Assembly (NCBI GenBank): GCA_964501785.1 | Contig: CAZCUD010000004.1 | Span: forward strand, 111,652 to 175,651 | Direction of reading: 5' to 3' | Length of the DNA stretch: 64,000 bases | Source of the DNA: an uncultured Bifidobacteriaceae bacterium | GTDB taxonomy: Bacteria; Actinomycetota; Acidimicrobiia; IMCC26256; PALSA-555 | In this document: one piece after another, positions 54,500 to 64,000 of the stretch | Position numbering within the stretch: the first letter of the stretch is position 1 | Layout: each line of letters begins with the position of its first letter | Translations under genes and position numbers: made by a program | Notes under the pieces: generated by a model | The model's database searches: none | What the model saw: only the letters and a program-made list of their open reading frames with translations | What the model was told of the DNA's origin: nothing

Positions 54500-56767
54500 T
54501 TGAGCGATCGTCACCCCGAGCTGGCAGCAGAGCAGCGCTACGTCGACGAGGCGTACGACCGCCTCGACGCCATGCGCGAGGCGGCCCGGAGGGTCGCCCG
54601 GGGCTACTCGGAGGTGGGGCGGGGAGGCACGCACCAGGCTCGGCTCGAGCGGGACGTGGCGGAGGACCTGACGCGGAGGCGCCTCGCCGCCCTCGACATC
54701 GGCGATCTGCCGCTGTGCTTCGGTCGCCTCGACCTGCGCGGCGACCGCACCCACTACATCGGCCGCATCTCGGTGACCGACGAGGACAGCGAGCCGGTCG
54801 TGGTCGACTGGCGCGCCCCGGTCGCCGAGCCCTTCTACCGGGCGACCGCGATCGAGCCGATGGACGTCGTGCGGCGGCGCCACTTCCTCACGCGGCCCGG
54901 CGAGGGGCGCACGATCGTCGGGCTCGACGACGAGGTGTTCGACCGCGACGCCGCCGACGAGGCCCGGCTCTCCGTGGTCGGCGAGGGGGCGCTGCTCGCC
55001 GCGCTCGAGCGGGAGCGCACCGGCCGGATGGGCGACATCGTCGCGACGATCCAGGCCGAGCAGGACGAGGCGATCCGGTCGCCCCTGCCGGGCGTCCTCG
55101 TCGTGACCGGTGGTGCGGGCACGGGGAAGACCGCGGTCGCCCTCCACCGCGCCGCGTACCTCCTCTACACCTACCGTCAGCGGCTCGGGAACCGCGGCGT
55201 GCTGCTGATCGGGCCCAACACGATCTTCCTCCGCTACATCGACCAGGTGCTCCCGGCGCTCGGCGAGGACGACGTGCAGCTCGCCACCGCGGCCGGCTTG
55301 AAGCCGCAGTACCGGGTCGTCGCCGACGATCCGCCCGAGGTCGCCGAGCTCAAGGGCGACCCCCGCATGGCCGAGGTGGTCGCCAAGGCGCTGCACGACC
55401 GGGAGCACCCGCTCGCCGAGGACATGGTCGTCGTGCTCGACGGCGAGGTGCTGCGACTCCGGCGTGGTGCCTCGGAGCGGATCGTCGAGCGCGCGCGACG
55501 GCGACGCGGCGTGCACAACGAGAAGCGCCCGGGGGTGGTGCGGGCAGTCGTCGACCACCTGCGCGAGCAGTACCGGCGCGCGCTGGGCGTCGCCGCGCCC
55601 GACGACCCCGATTGGGATCGCGAGCTCGCCGGGAGGATCCGCCGCTTGCCCGAGGTGCGCGCCGCGCTCGACCGGATGTGGCCCGTCCTCACCGGCGGCG
55701 AGCTGATCCACGACCTGTGCTCGTTCGCGGGCTTGGTGAAGTCGGCCGCCGACGGCGTCCTGACTCCTTCCGAGCAGCGCATGCTGCTGCGCTCGCGTGC
55801 GCCGAGCGTGCGCGAGGTCCCGTGGACCGAGGCCGACCTGGCCCTGGTCGACGAGGCCGACGCGCTGCTCGGTCCGCCGGAGCTCGCGAAGCCACGCCGA
55901 CGCCGCTCGCGGCGCGCCACGGCCGACGACGCGGCGAACCGGACCGTCGCGGAGCTCGGCGTGGGCGGCATGGTGTCCGCGGCCGAGGTCGCTCGTCGCT
56001 ACGCCGGTGACCCGGCGCCGATCGGGGCCGACCCCGACGAGCCCCGCACCTACGCCCACGTGCTCGTCGACGAGGCGCAGGACCTCTCGCCCATGCAGTG
56101 GCGGATGCTCGCCCGGCGCTGCCCGACCGGCTCGATGACCGTCGTGGGCGACTTCGGCCAGGCGAGCCGTCCCGGTGCCGCCCGCGACTGGGACCAGGCG
56201 CTCGCGCTCTTGCCCGATCGGAGCCCACCCCGGGTCGTCACGCTCACCGTCAACTACCGCACGCCGGCGGAGATCATGGACGTCGCGCACCGGGTGCTCG
56301 CCGCGGCGGCGCCCGACGTGGCGCCCACAAAGGCAGTGCGCGAGACCGGCGATCAGCCGCGGTTCCGGCAGGTCGACCCGGTCGACCTCGTGGCGACGGC
56401 CGTCGCCACGGCTCGTGACGCGGTCGGCATCGGGGGCACCGTCGCGGTGATCGCCCCCGACGAGCTGCACGACGAGATCGTCCGGGGGCTCGAGGACGTG
56501 GGTGCGGTCGCCGACTCGGCCGACGCCCTCGACGCACCCGTCGCGGTCCTCGATGCCCGAGCCGCAAAGGGGCTCGAGTTCGATCACGTGGTCGTGGTCG
56601 AGCCGGCCCGGCTGGTGACCCCGGACGCCCGAGGGCTGCGCCTGCTCTACGTCGTCGTCACGCGCGCCACGCGACGCCTGGTCGTCGTCCACGCGCAGCC
56701 GCTCCCCGAGGCGCTCGGGAGCGCGATCGCGAACGCACCGAGCGGCGCGCCGGTCGCGGCGTCGTAG
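54500..56767 (+). CDS. HelD-like UvrD/SF1 helicase (RNA-polymerase-associated HelD/HelR family)
   Basis: TTG start. It has the HelD-type N-terminal coiled coil (AEQRYVDEAYDRLDAM), Walker A GGAGTGKT, DEAQD, and a C-terminal KGLEFDHVVV..VTRAT block. Confidence 0.8.
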   Translation: MSDRHPELAAEQRYVDEAYDRLDAMREAARRVARGYSEVGRGGTHQARLERDVAEDLTRRRLAALDIGDLPLCFGRLDLRGDRTHYIGRISVTDEDSEPVVVDWRAPVAEPFYRATAIEPMDVVRRRHFLTRPGEGRTIVGLDDEVFDRDAADEARLSVVGEGALLAALERERTGRMGDIVATIQAEQDEAIRSPLPGVLVVTGGAGTGKTAVALHRAAYLLYTYRQRLGNRGVLLIGPNTIFLRYIDQVLPALGEDDVQLATAAGLKPQYRVVADDPPEVAELKGDPRMAEVVAKALHDREHPLAEDMVVVLDGEVLRLRRGASERIVERARRRRGVHNEKRPGVVRAVVDHLREQYRRALGVAAPDDPDWDRELAGRIRRLPEVRAALDRMWPVLTGGELIHDLCSFAGLVKSAADGVLTPSEQRMLLRSRAPSVREVPWTEADLALVDEADALLGPPELAKPRRRRSRRATADDAANRTVAELGVGGMVSAAEVARRYAGDPAPIGADPDEPRTYAHVLVDEAQDLSPMQWRMLARRCPTGSMTVVGDFGQASRPGAARDWDQALALLPDRSPPRVVTLTVNYRTPAEIMDVAHRVLAAAAPDVAPTKAVRETGDQPRFRQVDPVDLVATAVATARDAVGIGGTVAVIAPDELHDEIVRGLEDVGAVADSADALDAPVAVLDARAAKGLEFDHVVVVEPARLVTPDARGLRLLYVVVTRATRRLVVVHAQPLPEALGSAIANAPSGAPVAAS

Positions 56768-56777
56768 TCTGACGCCG

Positions 56778-58595
56778 ATGACGACCCAGGGGATCGACTC
56801 GTCGCTCACCGAGGCCGACCGCACGGCGGCCGACGTCGCCTGGGACATCGAGCCGCTTGTCGACGGAGCCGGGGCCGCCGGCGTCGAGGCCTTCCTCGAC
56901 GATGCCGAGGAGCGGGCCGCGGCCATCGGAGCGTTCCGGGGGCGGATCGGAGCGCTCGACTCCGCGGAGCTCGCCACGCTGATGGCCGAGCTCGCGACGA
57001 TCTCCGAGCTGCTGGGGCGCGCGGGTTCCTACGCCGGGCTGTGGTTCTCGACCGACACCCAGGACCCGGCCCGGGGAGCGCTGCTCGCGCGCACCGAGGA
57101 GCGGGCCACCGCGATCTCCAACGAGCTGCTCTTCGTCGACCTCGAGTGGGCCGAGCTGCCCGACGAGCACGTCGCGCCGCTGCTCGCCGACGAGCGGCTC
57201 GACTTCTGCCGGCACCACCTGCTGTCGGCGCGTCGCTATCGCCCACACCTGCTGTCGGAGCCCGAGGAGCGCGTGCTCGCCGACAAGGCGACGACGGGCA
57301 AGAGCGCGTGGGCGCGCCTGTTCAGCGAGCTCACGTCGACCATCGAGGTCGACCTCGACGGCCGGGCGGTGAGCCTCGAAGAGGGGCTGTCACGGCTCCA
57401 GTCGCCCGATCGCGAGCGGCGCCGTGCGTCGGCGGAGGCGGTCACGGCGGCGCTCGAGCCCGGGTTGCGGACGCGGGCGTTCGTGTTCAACACGCTCCTG
57501 GCCGACAAGAACGTCGACGACCGGCTCCGCCGCTACGAGGGCTGGCTGGCCAGCCGCAACCTCGAGAACGAGGCGAGCGACGAGTCGGTGCAGGCGCTGG
57601 TCGACGCGGTCGTCGGCCGGTACGACATCCCGCAGCGCTGGTACGCGCTCAAGGCGCGCCTGCTCGGGGTCGACCGGCTCGCCGACTACGACCGGATGGC
57701 GTCGATCGCCGAGTCGGAGGACGTGTTCGGCTGGTCGCACGCCTGCGACCTCGTGCTCGACGCCTATGCGTCGTTCTCACCCGAGCTCGCCGACGTCGCG
57801 AAGCGCTTCCTCGACGAGTCGTGGATCGACGCCCCGCAGCGGTCGGGCAAGCGCCCCGGCGCGTTCTGCGCGTACACGGTCCCGTCGCACCACCCGTACG
57901 TGCTGCTCAACTGGACCGCCCGGAGGCGAGACGTGCTCACGCTCGCCCACGAGCTCGGGCACGGCCTGCACGCGTACCTCGCCCGCGGGCAGGGCGTGTT
58001 CCACCAGTCGACGCCGCTGACGCTCGCCGAGACCGCCTCGGTGTTCGGCGAGACGGTGACGTTCGGGCGCCTGCTCGAGGAGACGAGCGATCCCGCGGCG
58101 CGGCTCGCGCTGCTCGCGGAGAGCCTCGAGGGTCAGATCGCCACCGTCTTCCGCCAGATCGCGATGAACCGGTTCGAGGACGCGGTGCACACCGAGCGGC
58201 GCGAGGCCGGTGAGCTGTCCGTCGACCGCTTCGGCGAGCTGTGGGCGACCACGCAGGAGGAGATGCTCGGGCCGACGGTCGAGATCACCGAGGGCTACCG
58301 CACGTGGTGGTCGTACATCCCGCACTTCATCGCGACGCCCGGCTACGTGTACGCGTACGCCTACGGCCAGCTGCTGGCGCTCTCGGTGTACCGCCAGTAC
58401 GAGGAGCGCGGCGCCGACTTCGTGCCGTCGTACCTCGAGCTGCTCTCGCGCGGCGGCTCCGAGACGCCCGAGGCCCTCGGAAAGGTCGTCGGCGTCGACC
58501 TCGAGGATCCGTCGTTCTGGGACGGCGGCCTCACCATCGTCGACGAGCTGCTCGCCGCCGCCGAGCAAGCCGCCACCGACGCCGGCCGCCTCTAG
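56778..58595 (+). CDS. pepF: M3 family oligoendopeptidase F
   Basis: It has the HELGH zinc motif (LAHELGHGLH) and PepF-type length and blocks. Confidence 0.9.
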   Translation: MTTQGIDSSLTEADRTAADVAWDIEPLVDGAGAAGVEAFLDDAEERAAAIGAFRGRIGALDSAELATLMAELATISELLGRAGSYAGLWFSTDTQDPARGALLARTEERATAISNELLFVDLEWAELPDEHVAPLLADERLDFCRHHLLSARRYRPHLLSEPEERVLADKATTGKSAWARLFSELTSTIEVDLDGRAVSLEEGLSRLQSPDRERRRASAEAVTAALEPGLRTRAFVFNTLLADKNVDDRLRRYEGWLASRNLENEASDESVQALVDAVVGRYDIPQRWYALKARLLGVDRLADYDRMASIAESEDVFGWSHACDLVLDAYASFSPELADVAKRFLDESWIDAPQRSGKRPGAFCAYTVPSHHPYVLLNWTARRRDVLTLAHELGHGLHAYLARGQGVFHQSTPLTLAETASVFGETVTFGRLLEETSDPAARLALLAESLEGQIATVFRQIAMNRFEDAVHTERREAGELSVDRFGELWATTQEEMLGPTVEITEGYRTWWSYIPHFIATPGYVYAYAYGQLLALSVYRQYEERGADFVPSYLELLSRGGSETPEALGKVVGVDLEDPSFWDGGLTIVDELLAAAEQAATDAGRL

Positions 58596-58673
58596 CGTTC
58601 GGGCGTCGGTCGACCGCGCTCAGCGCGGCGAAGTGACGCCGAAGCGGTGCGCCCCCATCGTTCTGGCGTCAAG

Positions 58674-58694
58674 AGACCCGCCTGACGCGGGTCT
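58674..58694. terminator. hairpin in the pepF/DUF885 convergent intergenic region
   Basis: AGACCCGC-CTGAC-GCGGGTCT forms a perfect 8-bp stem. Confidence 0.5.
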
Positions 58695-58737
58695 GCTGAC
58701 GCCGAAACGGTGGGGGCGCGCGCAGTGCGCAGCGCGC

Positions 58738-60429
58738 TCAGAGGCGGGCGAGCTCGGCTTCGAGCTGGTCGAGGCCCATGGGGCCGAGCTCGAGGGCCCG
58801 GGAGTGGAACTCCTTGAGGTCGAACGACGCGCCGTGGCGGCGCCGAGCGTCGTCGCGGGCACGCAGCCAGACCCGCTCGCCGACCTTGTAGCAGATGGCC
58901 TGACCGGGCCATCCGAGGTACCGGTCGACCTCGCTGCGCATGAAGTCGGCCGGGAACCGCGAGCGGTTGATCACGAAGTCGAGCGCGAGGTCGGGCGTCC
59001 AGGTCTCCCCGGGATGGAAGTCCTCGTCGTGGGGGATCCCGAGCTCGAGGTGCAGCCCGATGTCGACGACCACGCGCACCGCGCGCATCGCCTGGGCGCG
59101 CAGCATGCCGAGCTCGAACGCGGGGTCGTCGAGGTAGCCCAGCTCGCCCATGAGACGCTCCGCGTACAGCGCCCACCCCTCCCCGTGGCCGGCGTTCCAC
59201 GCCATCGTGCGCTGGAAGCGGTCGAGGCGGTCGCGGCGGTAGCGCATCATCCCCACCTGGAGGTGATGACCCGGGACCGCCTCGTGGTAGCAGATCGAGA
59301 CCTCGCCCCAGAGCGGGAACTGCGTGCGACCCTGGGTCGGGTACCAGGTTCGTCCCGGGCGGGAGAGGTCCTCCGACGGGCCCGTGTAGTACATCGCCGC
59401 CGCGCCGCCCGGCGGGGCGATCATCGCCTCGCAGCGCCGGAGCGGCTCGGGGATGTCGAAGTGGGTGCCGTCGAGGTCGGCGATGGTCGAGTCGATCAGG
59501 TCCTGGAGCCAGGTCCGCAACGCGTCCTCGCCCTCGACCATGCGGGTCGGGTCGTGCTCGAGGTGCTCGATCACCTCGGCCATCGACCGGCCCGGCAGGA
59601 TGCGCTCGTTCACCGAGGCCATCGCGTGCTCGATGCGGTGCAGCTCGTCCCAGCCCCACTGGTACGTCTCGTGCAGGTCGAGCCGCGTGCCGTTGAACGC
59701 CTGTGCCATGAGCGCGTAGCGCTCGGCACCGACGGCGTCGCGCTCGGTCGCGTGGGGCAGGTACTCGTCGACCAGGTAACGACCGAACGACGCGTATGCG
59801 GCGGTTGCGAGCCCGGCCGCGTCCTCGAGCCGCCGACGCAGCGCGTCGTTGTCGACGGCGCCGCCGTCGTACTCGTCGAGCAGGTTCCGGAAGTATGGGG
59901 CGGCGTCGTCGCCGACGCCGCCCCACGTGTCGGCCTGCTGCGCGCACGCCACGACCTGACGCGCGGCCGCCACCAACCCCTCTCGGACTCCCTCGTTCAA
60001 CGAGTCGCGCAAGGAGTCGAGCGCCTGGGGCACCGCGGCGGCGCGTGCGACGACGTGCTCCCAGTCGTGCTCGGTCTCGCGTGGCATGAGGTCGAAGCAC
60101 AGGCGGATCGCCGACACCGGGCTGCCGATGACGCGGAGCGGTCGCAGCTCCTCGCCCGCCTCGTGGAGCTCGATGCCGACCTCGAGGTACCGACGCAGCA
60201 CGTCGGCGCTGATCCGCTCGGCGTCGGACCCGGGGGTCAGCGTGGCCAACGATCGCAGGGTGGAACGCGCGTGCTCGAGCCGCTCGGCGACGCCATCCGG
60301 CGAGTAGTCGGTGAGCTGCGACTCGTGGCCCGGGATGCCCTCGAACGTCGCCTCGATCGGATCGAGCGCCGCGGCGCGCGTCACGAACGCATCCGACAGC
60401 TGGGCGACGGGCCCGGTGGGTTCCTCCAT
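58738..60429 (-). CDS. DUF885 family protein (metallopeptidase-like, HExxGH)
   Basis: The ATG at 60429 is preceded by GGAGGAGG. It has YHEAVPGHHLQ and the conserved W..GEGWALY block. Confidence 0.8.
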   Translation of the reverse strand: MEEPTGPVAQLSDAFVTRAAALDPIEATFEGIPGHESQLTDYSPDGVAERLEHARSTLRSLATLTPGSDAERISADVLRRYLEVGIELHEAGEELRPLRVIGSPVSAIRLCFDLMPRETEHDWEHVVARAAAVPQALDSLRDSLNEGVREGLVAAARQVVACAQQADTWGGVGDDAAPYFRNLLDEYDGGAVDNDALRRRLEDAAGLATAAYASFGRYLVDEYLPHATERDAVGAERYALMAQAFNGTRLDLHETYQWGWDELHRIEHAMASVNERILPGRSMAEVIEHLEHDPTRMVEGEDALRTWLQDLIDSTIADLDGTHFDIPEPLRRCEAMIAPPGGAAAMYYTGPSEDLSRPGRTWYPTQGRTQFPLWGEVSICYHEAVPGHHLQVGMMRYRRDRLDRFQRTMAWNAGHGEGWALYAERLMGELGYLDDPAFELGMLRAQAMRAVRVVVDIGLHLELGIPHDEDFHPGETWTPDLALDFVINRSRFPADFMRSEVDRYLGWPGQAICYKVGERVWLRARDDARRRHGASFDLKEFHSRALELGPMGLDQLEAELARL

Positions 60430-60458
60430 CGGCTCTGCCTCCTCCGGCTCGCCGGCGC

Positions 60459-62675
60459 TCAGGAGCCGGTCGACGTCGCCACGTACGCGCGGCACGGCTG
60501 GCCGCGCAGCGCGCCGCACTCGGGGCGAGACGTCGTCACGTCGGCGTCGATGGTGTTCAGCACGATGCGCGACGGACGGGCGGGGGAGTGCTCGACCGCG
60601 TTGGTGGTCTCACCGGAGGCGTCGAGCGCGTCGAACGCCCACAGTGGCCGGTTGCCGCCTGGTGGCTGCACGATGACCCGGATCTGCGATCCCTCCCGGA
60701 AGACGTGGCCGAAGGGGAACAGCGGCACCCGGACCGGCACGAACTCGTCGCGGGGGAGCGGTGACGCGTCCTCGCGGCTGTAGGTCGGCACCGGGAGGAG
60801 CTCGGTCGAAGCCTCTTCGTCGAGACGTCGCGCACTCGCTCGCAGCCACCCGCTCTGCACGTAGGTCTCTTGTCCGTCGGGACGCACCTCGGTGATCACG
60901 ACCTCGAGGTCGGTGTCGCGCGCCGACGAGCGCACCCAGAGGTCGGCGCTGGCCGGGCCGAGCACGGCGGTGTCGGTGCGCAGCGGCGCCGTCGTGTACG
61001 CGACCCCGGCGTCGGGCTCGAGCGGCTGCCAGTCGTAGTCGGGCCGCGCCTCGAACAGGTCGTCGCCGTCGGAGGGGTGGCTCGTCGCGGGCAGCGCATC
61101 GGGGTCGTAGCGGAACTCGTCGACGCCCCGGCGGGTCGGCGCCTCGGGTGACAGCGTCCCGCCGTCGCCGAGGTAGAGGGACTCGACCGAGCCGGCGCCG
61201 GGGGGCCACGTCGAGAACGACCGCTCGAAGCTCGACACCGGTGCACCGGGGGCCGGGCCGCCGGCGCCGTTCTCGAACAGGACGCGCACCGGCGGCTCGG
61301 CCTCGTATCGGGCCAGCGCCGCGTCGTAGTCGGTCTCGCCGGCGAAGCGATCGGGCGGGAGCTCGAGCGGCACGCCGGAGAGGGCGATGTAGCCGAGGGC
61401 GGCGGTCGCGCGCACCTCCTCGGGGATCGTCGGCACGCGCTTCGCGACGTAGAAGTCGAGGAACTCGGCCCAGCGGGTGATGATGTCGGGTCCGAAGGGC
61501 TCCGAGTGCGTGCCGTTGGTCATCGTGACCTTCAACGGCACGTCCGCGGGGAAGTCGTCGATCATCGCGGGCCACTGCCCCCCGGTCTGCTCGTCCTGCC
61601 ACGCCCCGGCGAGGAACGTGGGCACGGTGATCTCGTCGACGAACGTCTCGGGGGCCAGCTCGTCGATCGCGGGAACCCGGTACTCCTCGGCCTCGATCTG
61701 CTCGAGCACGTCCGGCGTCTGGAGTCGAAGCGCCTGGTTGGCCGCGCAGGTCGCGTCGCCGGCTTCGACCCGACGCCGGGCCCAGCGCTGGCCCCCCTCG
61801 GGCGCGGGCTCGGCATCCTCCTGCCGGTCCTCGGCCCACTCGACCGCGAAGCCGGTGTTGAGGATGCCGCCCGGGTAGAGCACACCCCGGTGGGTGTCGG
61901 CGATCGCCGACATCGGCGTGATCGCCGCCAGGTGCGGCGGCGCGGTCGCGGCGACGAACAGCTGGCTGATCCCGGGGTACGAGATGCCGACCATCCCGGG
62001 ACGCCCGTGGAGCACCCAGGGCTGGGCGGCGACGACCTCGACCGCGTCGTAGCCGTCGAGGCCCTGGAGCGGCTCGAAGTACTGCCAGGCACCGCCGGAG
62101 CATCCGGTGCCGCGCATGTTGACGCCGACGGTCGCGTAGCCGAGCGTCTGGGCGAGTCGCGTCGCGGCCTGGGTGCCGTCGGGGTTCGCCGGGTCGTAGC
62201 CCGAGTACTCGATGACCGTGGGGTAGGGACCGTCCTCGGGCGGGCCGGGCAGCGTCACGTTCACCGCGAGCTGCGTGCCGTCCCGGGTCGTGAGGTACTG
62301 GTAGCCGGGCTGGAGCACCTGCGAGTCGTAGAACGACTGGAGCGGGTGCTCGTCGCGACCGAGCACGCGCACGGGATCGCTCTCGGCGGCACCCACCGCG
62401 ACGCGGTACCCGCGCCCGGGAGGCAGGGCACGGAAGAGGATGCTGCCGGCCTCGTCGGCCTCGCCCTCGTCGACGACGGCGCCGGCACGGTCGCGCAGTC
62501 GCACCGTGGCGCCCGGCTCGATGCCGGTGGCGTAGACCTGCTCGACGCTGCCGGCGGCGACGAAGGTGGCCGGCGCCTGGACGCCGTCGGGCTCCTGGGC
62601 GCTCGCGACCGGGGCGGAGGTCGCGACGAGCGTCGCGGCCACGAGCACGAAGAGGGCGCGGCGCACGCCTGCCAA
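60459..62675 (-). CDS. CocE/NonD family hydrolase (S15 X-Pro dipeptidyl-peptidase-like), secreted
   Basis: The signal peptide ends in ...APVASAQEP. It has EYSGYD, RGTGCSGG and ISYPG nucleophile-elbow motifs. It lies 29 bp upstream of the DUF885 gene on the same strand. Confidence 0.85.
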   Translation of the reverse strand: MAGVRRALFVLVAATLVATSAPVASAQEPDGVQAPATFVAAGSVEQVYATGIEPGATVRLRDRAGAVVDEGEADEAGSILFRALPPGRGYRVAVGAAESDPVRVLGRDEHPLQSFYDSQVLQPGYQYLTTRDGTQLAVNVTLPGPPEDGPYPTVIEYSGYDPANPDGTQAATRLAQTLGYATVGVNMRGTGCSGGAWQYFEPLQGLDGYDAVEVVAAQPWVLHGRPGMVGISYPGISQLFVAATAPPHLAAITPMSAIADTHRGVLYPGGILNTGFAVEWAEDRQEDAEPAPEGGQRWARRRVEAGDATCAANQALRLQTPDVLEQIEAEEYRVPAIDELAPETFVDEITVPTFLAGAWQDEQTGGQWPAMIDDFPADVPLKVTMTNGTHSEPFGPDIITRWAEFLDFYVAKRVPTIPEEVRATAALGYIALSGVPLELPPDRFAGETDYDAALARYEAEPPVRVLFENGAGGPAPGAPVSSFERSFSTWPPGAGSVESLYLGDGGTLSPEAPTRRGVDEFRYDPDALPATSHPSDGDDLFEARPDYDWQPLEPDAGVAYTTAPLRTDTAVLGPASADLWVRSSARDTDLEVVITEVRPDGQETYVQSGWLRASARRLDEEASTELLPVPTYSREDASPLPRDEFVPVRVPLFPFGHVFREGSQIRVIVQPPGGNRPLWAFDALDASGETTNAVEHSPARPSRIVLNTIDADVTTSRPECGALRGQPCRAYVATSTGS

Positions 62676-62743
62676 CGTACCTTCCTGCTCCCGGCCCGCC
62701 GCCTCGCGGTCGGCTGCTCGACGTGCGACCGGCGCGTGCCACG

Positions 62744-63589
62744 ATGGCGCCCGTGACCGTGCTGGAGGACGCCCATGTCCTGATCACCGGGGGGTCGCAG
62801 GGCATCGGGCTCGCGACCGCGCACCGAGTGCTCGATCGTGGCGGGCGGGTGTCGATCGTGGCTCGCGACGCGGAGCGCCTCGCTGCGGCCGCTGACGAGC
62901 TCGAGGCCCGGGTCGGCGATCCCACGCGGGTGTGCGTGGAGTCGGCCGACGTCACCGACCGCGAGGGCTTCGAGACGGCGCTCGGGCTCGTCATCGCGCA
63001 GTTCGGGCCGGTCGACGTGCTCGTCGCCAACGCCGGAGGCGCCCGCCCCGGCCTGTTCACCGAGATGTCGATCGACGTGTTCGAGCAGCAGATGCAGCTC
63101 AACTACTTCGGCGCACTGCATCCCGTGCGCGCCGTGGTGCCCTCGATGATCGAGCGGGGCGGTGGTCACCTCGTGCTCGTCTCGTCGGTCGCGGGCCTGA
63201 TCGGCGTCGTCGGGTACAGCGCGTACGGCCCGGCGAAGTTCGCGTTGCGCGGCCTGGCCGAGACGATCAGGCCCGAGCTCAAGCCGCACGGCATCAAGGT
63301 CACGTGCGTGTACCCGCCCGACACCGACACGCCGGGCCTCGCCGCCGAGGAGTCCACGAAGCCCGACGCCACGCGCTCGATCTCGGCGCTCGTCGCGCCC
63401 CGCTCCGCGGAGTCGGTTGCCCGCGAGATCGTCACGGGCATCGAGCGTGATCGGAACGACGTGACGTGCGACCGCACGACCGCGCTCATGTTGCGCGCGG
63501 GAGGAGCGGGCGGGCTCCTCGGACCGGTCGCCCGACGCACGATGGACCGTCACGTGCGCAAGGCGAGCGGATCGGACCCCGCGCAGTAG
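62744..63589 (+). CDS. SDR family oxidoreductase (3-ketosphinganine-reductase-like)
   Basis: ATG at 62744. It has [13 protein letters not shown] and YGPAKFA motifs. Confidence 0.85.
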   Translation: MAPVTVLEDAHVLITGGSQGIGLATAHRVLDRGGRVSIVARDAERLAAAADELEARVGDPTRVCVESADVTDREGFETALGLVIAQFGPVDVLVANAGGARPGLFTEMSIDVFEQQMQLNYFGALHPVRAVVPSMIERGGGHLVLVSSVAGLIGVVGYSAYGPAKFALRGLAETIRPELKPHGIKVTCVYPPDTDTPGLAAEESTKPDATRSISALVAPRSAESVAREIVTGIERDRNDVTCDRTTALMLRAGGAGGLLGPVARRTMDRHVRKASGSDPAQ

Positions 63590-63609
63590 CGGTCGGTAGC
63601 CTCGGACGC

Positions 63610-64000
63610 GTGACCGACGCGACCGGACCCACCCGCACCGAGACCGACAGCATGGGCCCCATCGAGGTGCCCGACGACCGCTACTGGGGTGCCCAGACCC
63701 AGCGATCGCTCCACCACTTCTCGATCGGTGACGACCGAATGCCGTCGGCGGTCATCCGCGGCATGGCGATCCTCAAGAAGGCGGCGGCGCTCGCCAACCG
63801 CGATCTGGGAAAGATGAGCGACGCCGACGCGGCCCTCATCGAGCAGGCCGCCGACGAGATCCTCGACGGGCGCCTCGACGACCACTTCCCGCTGTTCGTG
63901 TGGCAGACGGGCAGTGGCACGCAGACCAACATGAACGTCAACGAGGTGATTTCGAACCGGGCGATCGAGATCGCCGGTGGCGAGAAGGGCTCGAAGCAGC
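63610..64000 (+). CDS. fumC: class II fumarate hydratase, N-terminal part (3' end outside the window)
   Basis: The frame is open from GTG 63610 to the window end and is not in the ORF track. It reads [25 protein letters not shown]...[22 protein letters not shown]. Confidence 0.85.
   Translation, partial: MTDATGPTRTETDSMGPIEVPDDRYWGAQTQRSLHHFSIGDDRMPSAVIRGMAILKKAAALANRDLGKMSDADAALIEQAADEILDGRLDDHFPLFVWQTGSGTQTNMNVNEVISNRAIEIAGGEKGSKQ

Overview
This is a high-GC, densely coding chromosomal segment of actinobacterial type. The gene order resembles the conserved Actinobacteria/Acidimicrobiia housekeeping run, but the taxon cannot be verified without a search. All calls come from reading the ORF track and the sequence by eye; no searches or folding programs were run.

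Gene order:
- M16 peptidase (5'-truncated), dapB, TetR, small secreted or hypothetical genes, and a beta-helix repeat exoprotein.
- A visibly AT-richer insert carrying an unusual tRNA, an orphan membrane protein and a decayed IS1595-type transposase.
- TetR plus a diiron (AurF-like) protein, then rnj, SDR, ftsK, rimO, pgsA, cinA, thpR, an M48-like protein (-), and recA with a LexA box and no recX.
- TauE (-), miaB, miaA, dapF, hflX, dapC-like, dapD.
- lexA (-) divergent from a LysM SOS-type gene, then nrdR and nrdJ (class II RNR).
- An ABC exporter pair, a kinase-like gene, an ApbE/ferric-reductase module, DedA (-), beta-carbonic anhydrase and a PaaI thioesterase (-).
- A DUF35 x2 / thiolase x2 / NMO / MarR / APH-like cluster, then VOC, PAP2, PIG-L, ADH (-), SMP-30 (-), a TlpA-like protein (-) and a histidine phosphatase.
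- HelD-like helicase, PepF, DUF885 (-), CocE/NonD (-), SDR, and the start of fumC.

No rRNA, CRISPR array or recognisable defence/toxin system was seen, so most of the window is ordinary core genome.

Most notable observations:
1. A perfectly folding class II (long variable arm, Leu-type D-arm) tRNA carries proline-type identity elements (C1:G72, A73, anticodon UGG). It sits in the AT-richer insert.
2. A HAIR-like inverted repeat (TGAGT-N7-ACTCA) is shared upstream of two small hypothetical genes.
3. An SOS-box array lies between lexA and a LysM gene, and a 68-bp-period tandem duplication covers the lexA 3' end and its terminator.
4. An ApbE/ferric-reductase module has a Ser/Asp-rich exported ORF where an FMN-binding domain would be expected. 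This may be a frameshift-split, membrane-anchored ApbE.
5. Two enzymes have degenerate active sites: an M48-like protein lacking HExxH, and a TlpA-like protein with CGC instead of CxxC.
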